Shown: in pieces, positions 54,701 to 60,943 of the stretch
Layout of the letters: the number at the start of each line of letters is the position of its first letter
Position numbering within the stretch: position 1 is the first letter of the stretch
NCBI GenBank assembly: GCA_038327905.1
Contig: JBBQLN010000010.1
Span: forward strand, 11 to 64,010
Source of the DNA: Burkholderiales bacterium
GTDB taxonomy: Bacteria; Pseudomonadota; Gammaproteobacteria; Burkholderiales; Methylophilaceae
Direction: 5' to 3'
DNA length: 64,000 nucleotides
Position numbers and translations under genes: made by a program
The notes under the pieces: model-generated
Databases searched by the model: none
What the model saw: only the letters and a program-made list of their open reading frames with translations
What the model was told of the DNA's origin: nothing

Positions 54701-54757
54701 TTGCTGCAAGCGCGCTCATTACCCGCTAACCTTACCGTGGGTCGTGCTGGAAAATAA
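48755..54757 (+). CDS. Bacterial alpha-2-macroglobulin family protein, thioester-containing, N-terminally TM-anchored
   Basis: 2000 aa. Thioester motif CTEQ at residues 1508-1511 (nt 53276-53287). N-terminal hydrophobic segments (..LGILALVAALGAGGW..) and no lipobox. Immediately followed by pbpC, as in class-1 bacterial A2M loci. Confidence 0.85.
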   Translation: MSFVRSGLQFVQMVLARLWSLASTILGFFFGSVNYQAPAWMKWCGDKLNNLRLSMIQKPIKGLGILALVAALGAGGWHGWEWYKARPQPVTVKVTVTVPTRTQIEDNLPPNPLKISFDASVAPIEQVGKVISANVNIMPKIDGVWKWDAENELSFQPKADWPVGTDFKVSLNAKALTPKTLLDKWDVEFTSPLFIAAITNSEFYQDPINAAMKKVVVNLNFSHPVDTAKLEKSITLKMRSNKTSLLNFGSDTIPFVVSYDKLKLNAYIHSAPLDIPKDDSILEVTVDEGLKAATGGKPFATSLTQSVNVPGLYSLLINEVSPIVVSNEQNEPEQILLLNASAAVNEKDMASHIKAWVLPRNKLVSTPEELKYPHAWSNTKDITEAVLAAGKPLSLEAIPAERENIETHSFKYKADVGSYIYVQIDKGLKSFGGYQLGATTQRILQVPVFPAEVKILSQGSLLALSGERKVAVLARDLPGLKMEIGRILPGQLQHLITQTSGSFSNPSFYYSIDGDNLSERFEKNIPLHLEAGEAHYEALDLSEYLSKTEGLDKNQNKRGVFLLTVRGYKPKKEANADGSEQTDDGSDYNPSENQNPEAFVDKRLILVTDLGLIAKKELDGSQVVYVQSIHTGLPVAGATVEVIAKNGQAIFSQTTDANGRVNFTKLDGLQRERSPILYIVKKAGDLSFLPINHYDRNLDYSRFDVGGIANAASSDSLNAYLFSDRGIYRPGDTMHIGMIVKTATWAKALDGLPLQAEVLDARGLVVKTQMVKLGAGGFNELEYKTLETSPTGTYNINLYSVKDGNAYQQLGSVSVKVQEFQPDRMKVKALFAKDATLYPETTEGWLNPKDLKANINVQNLFGTPAENRRVTAKMMLSPAYPAFSQYADFAFYDPLRAKEGYSEKLSDATSNAQGVAEFALGLEKYTKATYRLNIVAQAYEAGGGRSVSAEVATLISEQPYLIGFKADGDLNYVSKASKRNVNLIAVNSTLQKVAAEDLSLNLIERKYVSVLTKQGSGTFKYESRKKEVLIKESPYSIKATGNSLALASETPGDFAYVLKNKDGLELNRVEYSVAGLGNVSRSLERNAELKLALDKKDYAAGQEISISIRAPYVGAGLITIERDKVYAQQWFKADSQASVQKIKLPADFEGNGYVSVQFVRDPSSDEIFTSPLSYGVVPFVTSLSQRTNTLKLSSQPLIKPGQVLKMKLNAAKPGRAVVFAVDEGILQVARYKNPDALGFFFQKRQLEVSTSQILDLILPEFKKIMAATAPGGDADGALGKHLNPFKRKTDKPAVYWSGIVDVTDSKEFSYTVPETFNGKMRIIAVMVSDASIGITTSDALVRGDFVLSPNAPLTVTPGDTFDVSVGVSNNVKGSGKEAAVTLNLAPSPAFELVGAAKQVLKIGELREGTGLYKLKVKEGAAAKLGSARIEFTANIGDKFAKLGTEISVRPSTPHMTIMQTGSFKGDTQVSVKRTMFAEYRKQQASVSPLPLVAAGGLLDYLANYEHSCTEQLVSQVMPIIVLKKRPELLASVSTKKSNFENALSVLRTRQNAEGGFGLWDASVGADEFASVYAVHMMLEARDHANVGEEIPADMLKKGLEYLQTLAASPATNLDAARVRAYATYLLTREGTVTTPLLASLRSTLDAKTLTDNSFKEWRSDLTAAYLAASYQLLQQHAVASDLITKPVKLLNARSQQAIYGHYYDDVVRNAQTLYLVSRHFPEKVKEVSSDALNNIMKPISEGRFNTLSSSYALLGFDAYANVAGIKVAGQMGISAIDKQGKVTTLKLAENSIAPSANFSPETARLKLQGPSGLPLFYAVTESGFDIKPPATALKQGMEIIREYTDDKGAALKSITMGDEITVHIKIRAIDGNVDDVAIVDLLPGGFEPVLQAAVSETDSSISQGGEEGYNEGEGQAPEISSWTSPLGIGGGWQPSYADIREDRVVFYGAVTNTITEFTYKIKATNSGQFVVPPAYAESMYNRLLQARSLPANLTVGRAGK

Positions 54758-54770
54758 AAGGCTATGCCTT

Positions 54771-54799
54771 CCGTCATTCCCAGTTATTGGGAATGACGG
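54771..54799 (+). other. Perfect 12-bp stem / 5-nt loop hairpin in the A2M-pbpC spacer
   Basis: CCGTCATTCCCA(54771-82) GTTAT TGGGAATGACGG(54788-99). It starts 14 nt after the A2M stop. A short T-run (GGTTTT) lies 7 nt downstream. Confidence 0.6.
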
Positions 54800-54826
54800 A
54801 GCTAGGTTTTAAGTTATATAACATTC

Positions 54827-57148
54827 ATGCTCAGGTTAAAACTACCAAAGAAGACATTCGTTGCTGCTATTCTAATTGTCACCGTCTTAGCCGTATTACG
54901 ACTCTATGAGAAACCTGCACTTTTAAGCTTAATCCCCCACTCCACCGCTATTTATGCCGTTGATGGCAGCTTGCTACGAATCACTTTGGCATCCGACGCA
55001 CAGTATCAACTTTGGGTGCCATTAAAAGATATCAACCCTAATGCAGCTGAGGCGGTTAAGCTATATGAAGATCGTTATTTTGACTGGCACTTGGGTGTTA
55101 ACCCGCTGGCGTTATTACGGGGCATGGTGCGCACTTATACTGGGGGTTCTCGCCAAGGCGCCTCCACCATCACAATGCAGCTGGCACGCGGTTTATACGG
55201 CATAGATTCACGCACGGTAAGCGGAAAACTAAAGCAAATATTGGCGGCAGTATGGCTAGAGTCCCAATACTCAAAGCATGACATTCTCGAAGCTTATTTG
55301 AATATTGCGCCTTACGGCGGCAACATTAAAGGCATTGCCACTGCTAGTCTGTTTTACTTTAATAAACCTGCCAGCAGGCTTAACTTGCCTGAAGCCATGA
55401 CGCTGGCGGTAATTCCGCAAAACCCTAATAGACGCCTTAGTATCAGCAATAAAAATGCTCAGCTTAATGAAGCTAGAAACCGCTTGTGGCAAGACTGGTT
55501 AGCACTACATCCGCAAGATGCAAAATACACTGCTGATATGCGCTTACCTGCTCAATCTTTACAAGAGGCAAAACGTTTAAGTAGCCAAAACTTACCCTTT
55601 TTGGCACCTCACTTTACCGATGCATTATTGGCCGAACACCGCAATCAAGCAACTATACATACGGGCTTAAATATTCATGCACAAGCTACACTTGAACGCA
55701 TGATTGCCAGCTATATTGAAAACAATAAAAACCTAGGTATTAATAATGCCAGTGCTGTTTTGTATGATGCAAAAACCATGCAAGTCAAAGCCTTAGTCGG
55801 CTCTGCTGATTACTTCAATGCTGCGATTGATGGGCAAGTCAACGGCACAGCGGCTAAGCGTTCACCTGGCTCCACCTTAAAGCCATTTATATACGGCTTG
55901 GCAATGGATCAAAGTTTGATTCACCCTGCGAGTATATTAAAAGATGCGCCGACTAGCTTCGGCCCTTACAGTCCAGAGAATTTTGACGGTCGTTTTATTG
56001 GTCCAATCACAGCTGCAGACGCTCTGATACGCTCACGCAATGTGCCTGCGGTGAGTTTAGCCTCTAGGCTCACTCAGCCTAGCTTATACGATTTTTTAAA
56101 AAATGCGGGGGTGGCTAATTTAAAAAGTGAATCTCATTATGGCCTAGCGCTGGCATTAGGTGGTGGCGAGCTCACAATGGAGGAACTCGTCAGCTTATAC
56201 GCTATGCTGGCTAACCATGGTCGTTTTGCCCCCTATAGCCTCACAAAACAAAATTCAGCGACATTTCCACTACTAAGTGAAGAGTCGGCCTATATCACTT
56301 TAGATATGTTGCGGCAAAATCCTAGACCAGACACTGGTGAACCTGACCACTACAATACCGCGTGGAAAACTGGCACCTCTTGGGGTTTTCACGATGCATG
56401 GACGGTAGGCGTAAGCGGTAACAATGTATTAGCCGTGTGGGTGGGGAATTTTGATGGCAAACCTAACCCAGCTTTTATCGGCATTAAAACTGCTGCGCCT
56501 TTATTTTTTCAGATTCTAGATAGCCTGCGCCATCAACGTTTACTAAATCGAAAAACGGAAGTCGAAGCCATGCCGCCGCGCACCTTAACCAAAGTAAAGG
56601 TGTGTACTGCAAGTGGCGACTTGCCCAACAAGTACTGTAAGAATCTCAGTGAAACATGGTTTATTCCAGGTAAGTCTCCCATTAAAATCAGCACCTTGCA
56701 CAGACCCGTCTATTTCGATAACGCAACAAATCAAGTGGTATGCAGTGCAGGAGCCAATACACGTGAAGAAATCATCGAGTTTTGGAACTCAGATATGTTA
56801 CGGCTATTCCGTGAGGCAGGTATGCCACGCCGTATACCGCCAACGCTGCCAGTAGGGTGTAGTAACAAACTCAGCCAAGTGATTGATGATAAGCCGCAAA
56901 TCACCTCGCCGCTTAGAGGTGTGTCTTACACCATTCGCTTAAGTAAGCCAGAAACCATCGCACTAAGAGCCAGCCGTGGCGGTCAAGGTAGTATTTACTG
57001 GTTTGCGGATAATAGCTTTATTGCCAAAAGTGAGGCTGGCGCAGGCATTGCATGGACACCCCAAAAAGCGGCACATTACTTGTTACGAGCGGTTGATGAT
57101 GCAGGACAATCCGATAGCCGTGAGGTGGTAGTAGAGTTTGTGCCTTAA
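54827..57148 (+). CDS. pbpC: Penicillin-binding protein 1C (glycosyltransferase + transpeptidase)
   Basis: 773 aa. GT51 motif EDRYFDWHLGVNP, transpeptidase SxxK (STLK) and a C-terminal PBP1C-type domain. Paired with A2M. Confidence 0.88.
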   Translation: MLRLKLPKKTFVAAILIVTVLAVLRLYEKPALLSLIPHSTAIYAVDGSLLRITLASDAQYQLWVPLKDINPNAAEAVKLYEDRYFDWHLGVNPLALLRGMVRTYTGGSRQGASTITMQLARGLYGIDSRTVSGKLKQILAAVWLESQYSKHDILEAYLNIAPYGGNIKGIATASLFYFNKPASRLNLPEAMTLAVIPQNPNRRLSISNKNAQLNEARNRLWQDWLALHPQDAKYTADMRLPAQSLQEAKRLSSQNLPFLAPHFTDALLAEHRNQATIHTGLNIHAQATLERMIASYIENNKNLGINNASAVLYDAKTMQVKALVGSADYFNAAIDGQVNGTAAKRSPGSTLKPFIYGLAMDQSLIHPASILKDAPTSFGPYSPENFDGRFIGPITAADALIRSRNVPAVSLASRLTQPSLYDFLKNAGVANLKSESHYGLALALGGGELTMEELVSLYAMLANHGRFAPYSLTKQNSATFPLLSEESAYITLDMLRQNPRPDTGEPDHYNTAWKTGTSWGFHDAWTVGVSGNNVLAVWVGNFDGKPNPAFIGIKTAAPLFFQILDSLRHQRLLNRKTEVEAMPPRTLTKVKVCTASGDLPNKYCKNLSETWFIPGKSPIKISTLHRPVYFDNATNQVVCSAGANTREEIIEFWNSDMLRLFREAGMPRRIPPTLPVGCSNKLSQVIDDKPQITSPLRGVSYTIRLSKPETIALRASRGGQGSIYWFADNSFIAKSEAGAGIAWTPQKAAHYLLRAVDDAGQSDSREVVVEFVP

Positions 57149-57191
57149 GCAAACCTTAGCTAACTAGCGCTGAAGTTCATGAGTTTTGGGC

Positions 57192-57212
57192 TTGTAACTA
57201 GCTCTGTTACAA
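57192..57212. promoter_or_regulatory. Palindromic operator candidate upstream of the MscS gene
   Basis: TTGTAAC(57192-98)-N7-GTTACAA(57206-12). It overlaps a possible -10 TACAAT (57208-13), 35 nt before the ATG at 57248. Confidence 0.35.
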
Positions 57213-57247
57213 TCAATGTCCCGCATTACCCATACAAATAGCTAACC

Positions 57248-58330
57248 ATGGACTTTAAAGCAATATCAACCCAATTAAAATTTTCATCAATAACTGAACC
57301 TTGGTTTCCTCAAGTCTTTTTTGTGATTTTGGCAGTCTTGTTAGCCTATTTTCTTTCTCAATTAATACTTCGACTTTTTCAAAAAATGGCACTTCGCAGC
57401 GAAAGTCTTTGGGATGATGCGATTATCGATGCTGCAAGGCTGCCAATACCAATCATCATACTTATTTTAGGCATTGCTATTACCGTAAAAATAATTAGCA
57501 AGCATTTTGACTTCGAAATTGTGGAATATATAGCACCATTGCGTACAGTAGGCATTGTGATGTGTGTGTCATGGTTTTTTATTCGACTTGTTCGCAGCTT
57601 CTCTCACAATTTAATTGAAATTAACAAAAAACAAGGCGCTGAAATAGACTTCACCACAATAGATGCGCTTTCAAAACTAGCCAAACTCGTTATAACGATT
57701 GTCTCTATGCTAGTGATATTTGAGTCAATAGGATTTAGTATTTCAGGATTATTAGCGGCTGGTGGTATTGGTGGCTTGGCTGTAGCATTTGCAGCGAAAG
57801 ATCTATTAGCAAATTTCTTCGGTGGATTGACCATCTATTTAGATAGACCTTTCAGCATTGGTGACTGGATTCGCTCACCCGATAGCGAAATCGAAGGTAC
57901 CGTAGAGTATATTAGCTGGAGGCATACTCGTATTCGCGCCTTTAACAAAAATCCAATTTATGTGCCAAACGCATTATTTACCACCATCGTAGTAGAAAAT
58001 CCGTCTAGGATGACTAACCGTCGCATTAAAGAAACTGTAGGTATCCGCTATGACGATATCAAAGTAATGGATGCTATCGTGGCTGACGTGAAGGATATGC
58101 TTCGAAACCATGTAGAAATCGACACCTCACAAACACTCATCGTCAATTTTAATGCATTTGGGCCCTCTTCACTTGATTTCATCATCTACACCTTTACAAA
58201 AACCACAGACTGGACGCACTACCATGAAGTCAAACAGGACATATTACTAAAAACAGCGGACATCATCAGCAGCCATCATGCAGAAATAGCTTTCCCTACG
58301 CGAACTTTACATATTGGTAGCGCAGGATAG
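57248..58330 (+). CDS. MscS-family small-conductance mechanosensitive channel
   Basis: 360 aa. N-terminal TM helices, the pore-lining helix region ..GGIGGLAVAFAAKDLLANFFGG.. followed by ..RPFSIGDWI.., typical of MscS. Confidence 0.85.
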   Translation: MDFKAISTQLKFSSITEPWFPQVFFVILAVLLAYFLSQLILRLFQKMALRSESLWDDAIIDAARLPIPIIILILGIAITVKIISKHFDFEIVEYIAPLRTVGIVMCVSWFFIRLVRSFSHNLIEINKKQGAEIDFTTIDALSKLAKLVITIVSMLVIFESIGFSISGLLAAGGIGGLAVAFAAKDLLANFFGGLTIYLDRPFSIGDWIRSPDSEIEGTVEYISWRHTRIRAFNKNPIYVPNALFTTIVVENPSRMTNRRIKETVGIRYDDIKVMDAIVADVKDMLRNHVEIDTSQTLIVNFNAFGPSSLDFIIYTFTKTTDWTHYHEVKQDILLKTADIISSHHAEIAFPTRTLHIGSAG

Positions 58331-58486
58331 TGAGGCGAAAACAACATTAAATTTAGAGTTCTTCTATCAAACGAAAGCTTAGATAAACCATTGAGATAAA
58401 TAGTTTACAAGCTATTCTAAAGATATTGCTGAAGTATCACTACTCTCGCTGGGGCTCAATTTGAGAACTTTTAAATAATTAGGCTA

Positions 58487-59464
58487 TTACAGCAGGCTTG
58501 TTAAATGTTGGCCTAACGTCTTTGTATTCACGAAGGTCATACCGTACATTGCAGTCACGCCTTTGCATTGCTCATTATCTAAGTCTGCAACACAAAGAAT
58601 GAAGTATCTTTGGTCTATCGCCAAGCGTTTACGCAAAGCCACATATTTGTCTAAGTCTTGTCTAAAATCGCCAGTTTTACATTCAATATAAAGCGGTTGA
58701 CTATTGTTAACGAGGAAGAAAACATCAAGCTCCCTGTTTTCGTTTGATGGGAAAGCTAGCGTCATATTTCGAGCGCAAGAGAAATTGATGTTACGCTCTT
58801 TGCATATTCTTAAACCAATCATTAATGCAAACCACTCAAGCCAATCACCAGCAAAAAAACGTCTGACACTAGGCGCATTTTGCAAAACCACGCGAATATT
58901 TTTCTCTTTTTTGTTACTAATGCAACGAGCAATAAGCGAGTGGTCGTAAAGTTGCTGCACAAAGCCCTCAATGGCTTTAGCATCTTCTTTAGTTTTTTTA
59001 TCAAGATGCACTAGATTGCTGGTGTACTCTTTGAGCTGAGCATAGCGAATTCGCTCACATACTTCACCAAGGAGTTCGTAATCAGAACCAATCGCTACAG
59101 CAGCTTCGTCAAAAAATCCTGTAGTATCAACTGCATTAATACTGGCTGTAGCGATGATATTTTTTGATTTAAACCACTGAATAATGGGTGCATGTTGTGC
59201 GTCAGAACTCAAAGAATCCGAATTATGAATGTCGAAACTATCGTCACTCTTTTTCGACTGCGTTTGACTCTCTTTTGAAGAATCTGGGGTAAGCGCATTA
59301 AACTCTTTGCGCAATGCAAAGTACATTTCAGAAAGCTTATTAACGAAATACGTAGTGTCATAAACTGCGGTACTAGCACCACATTGACAAACTAACGATG
59401 TACCTACTAGCTCTCGCCCATGTTCAGTAACATTTCCGCACTTATTACATCGAGAAATTGCCAT
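58487..59464 (-). CDS. Zinc-ribbon protein with C-terminal PD-(D/E)xK nuclease domain (Card1/DUF1887-like), no sensor domain recognised
   Basis: 325 aa. Zinc ribbon C6-x2-C9-x16-C26-x-C28, a Ser/Asp/Gln-rich linker, then GDWLEWF..ELD-x13-ECKTG (the D..ExK nuclease core). Confidence 0.6.
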   Translation of the reverse strand: MAISRCNKCGNVTEHGRELVGTSLVCQCGASTAVYDTTYFVNKLSEMYFALRKEFNALTPDSSKESQTQSKKSDDSFDIHNSDSLSSDAQHAPIIQWFKSKNIIATASINAVDTTGFFDEAAVAIGSDYELLGEVCERIRYAQLKEYTSNLVHLDKKTKEDAKAIEGFVQQLYDHSLIARCISNKKEKNIRVVLQNAPSVRRFFAGDWLEWFALMIGLRICKERNINFSCARNMTLAFPSNENRELDVFFLVNNSQPLYIECKTGDFRQDLDKYVALRKRLAIDQRYFILCVADLDNEQCKGVTAMYGMTFVNTKTLGQHLTSLL

Positions 59465-59547
59465 CTAGGATTACACCTATTAAATTGAATGATTTTAGCA
59501 GTAATCTTTACTACTGTAACTTCTAGGTGTTATTCATTAAGTTGAGT

Positions 59548-59580
59548 TTCACCAACCCTACAAAAATTAGGATTGGTGAA
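59548..59580 (-). other. 13-bp stem-loop just downstream of aceF (possible terminator/attenuator)
   Basis: Arms 59548-60 and 59568-80 with a 7-nt loop. On the minus-strand RNA it forms 12 Watson-Crick pairs plus one G-U. On the plus-strand RNA the same position is a C-A mismatch, which favours the aceF sense. No U-tract follows. Confidence 0.4.
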
Positions 59581-59590
59581 GTAAATTAGA

Positions 59591-60931
59591 CTACAGCAAT
59601 AACCTACGCACATCACTCAACATCATACGCATGTGGCTAGTGAAACGTGCGCCATCAGCACCATCAACCACGCGGTGGTCATATGACAATGACATAGGCA
59701 ACATCAAGCGCGGCTCGAATGCTTTAGTTTTAGGATCATATACAGGCTGCATGCTTGAACGTGAAACGCCTAGAATAGCAACTTCTGGACAGTTGATAAT
59801 GGGTGTAAAAATCGTACCACCAATGCCACCTAAGCTAGAAATGGTAAAGCAACCGCCTTGCATCTCTTCAATTTTCAACTTACGTTCACGCGCTTTGGTT
59901 GAAAGTTCAGCTAGATCACGGGCAATATCCAGTACATCTTTTTGCTGCACATCTTTAACGACTGGCACGACTAAACCATCAGGCGTGTCGCAAGCAAAGC
60001 CGATGTTGAAATAATTTTTCAAGATCAAGCTATCACCATCAGGTGACAGTGATGCGTTAAAGTTTGGATAAGCTTTAAGCGCATTCACTGAGGCTTTAAT
60101 TAAAAATGCCAACATAGTCAGTTTAACGCCACGTTTCTCGGCATCAGCTTGCATAGACTTTCTAAAGTCTTCCAAGTCAGTAATATCAGCCTCGTCAAAC
60201 TGTGTGACATGTGGAGCCGTTACCCAGTTGCGATGTAAATTCGCACCTGACAATTTTTTAATGCGCGAGAGTGGCTTATTCTCAATGGCGCCAAATTGAC
60301 TAAAATCAATCACTGGCATAGGTAAAGCCGCGAAGCCACTTACGCCAGCACCCATGTTTTCAGTACGCGGTTTAGCCAACTCACTTTTTACGTAAGACTG
60401 CACATCAGCTTGTACAATACGATTCTTTGGTGCGCTGCCTTTTACAAAAGCTAAATTGACTCCCAACTCACGTGCAAACTTACGTACTGATGGGCTAGCA
60501 TGTGATAACTTGCCTGCGTCAACCACCGCGCTAGCTCCCACTGGCACTGGCTGTTGCGCTGGGGCAATTGTTTTTGGTGGTTCTGGCGCTGGGCGGCTGG
60601 GCTCAGGAATCGCTACTGCGGCAACCACTGGCTTTTCTGCAGCAGGTTGAGGTGCGACAGCTTTTATCTGTTCAAGCGATACAGCAGTTGAATCGCTTAC
60701 GTCCATTGTTAAAATTAAACTACCTTGAGCAGCTTTATCGCCCACTTTCATTTTTAGTTCTTTAACCACACCTGAAAAGGGTGATGGAATATCCATAGAA
60801 GCTTTGTCAGATTCTACCGTAATGAGCGAATCTTCTTCAGCAACTGTGTCACCTACTTTAACTAAAATTTCAATAACATCAACACTATCAAAATTGCCGA
60901 TGTCGGGGACAAGTATGTCTTGAATTGCCAT
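59591..60931 (-). CDS. aceF: Dihydrolipoamide acetyltransferase (PDH E2) with a single lipoyl domain
   Basis: 446 aa. One lipoyl domain (..[11 protein letters not shown]..), a Pro/Ala linker, the E3-binding domain (..ASPSVRKFARELGV..) and the catalytic DHRVVDGA. Confidence 0.9.
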   Translation of the reverse strand: MAIQDILVPDIGNFDSVDVIEILVKVGDTVAEEDSLITVESDKASMDIPSPFSGVVKELKMKVGDKAAQGSLILTMDVSDSTAVSLEQIKAVAPQPAAEKPVVAAVAIPEPSRPAPEPPKTIAPAQQPVPVGASAVVDAGKLSHASPSVRKFARELGVNLAFVKGSAPKNRIVQADVQSYVKSELAKPRTENMGAGVSGFAALPMPVIDFSQFGAIENKPLSRIKKLSGANLHRNWVTAPHVTQFDEADITDLEDFRKSMQADAEKRGVKLTMLAFLIKASVNALKAYPNFNASLSPDGDSLILKNYFNIGFACDTPDGLVVPVVKDVQQKDVLDIARDLAELSTKARERKLKIEEMQGGCFTISSLGGIGGTIFTPIINCPEVAILGVSRSSMQPVYDPKTKAFEPRLMLPMSLSYDHRVVDGADGARFTSHMRMMLSDVRRLLL

Positions 60932-60943
60932 GTCTGCGTGTCC

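Noticed and set aside
54771-54799. Calling the hairpin a neisserial dRS3 / Correia-type repeat.
   Set aside because: The spacing between ATTCCC and GGGAAT is 7 nt rather than the 8 nt I recall for dRS3. I noticed only one copy in the window, and the taxon appears different.
48588-59590. Classical genomic island or mobile element between aceF and lpdA.
   Set aside because: I could not find an integrase, transposase, tRNA target or flanking direct repeats. Only a modest AT bias appears in hand-counted samples. It is reported as an insertion hotspot rather than a mobile element.
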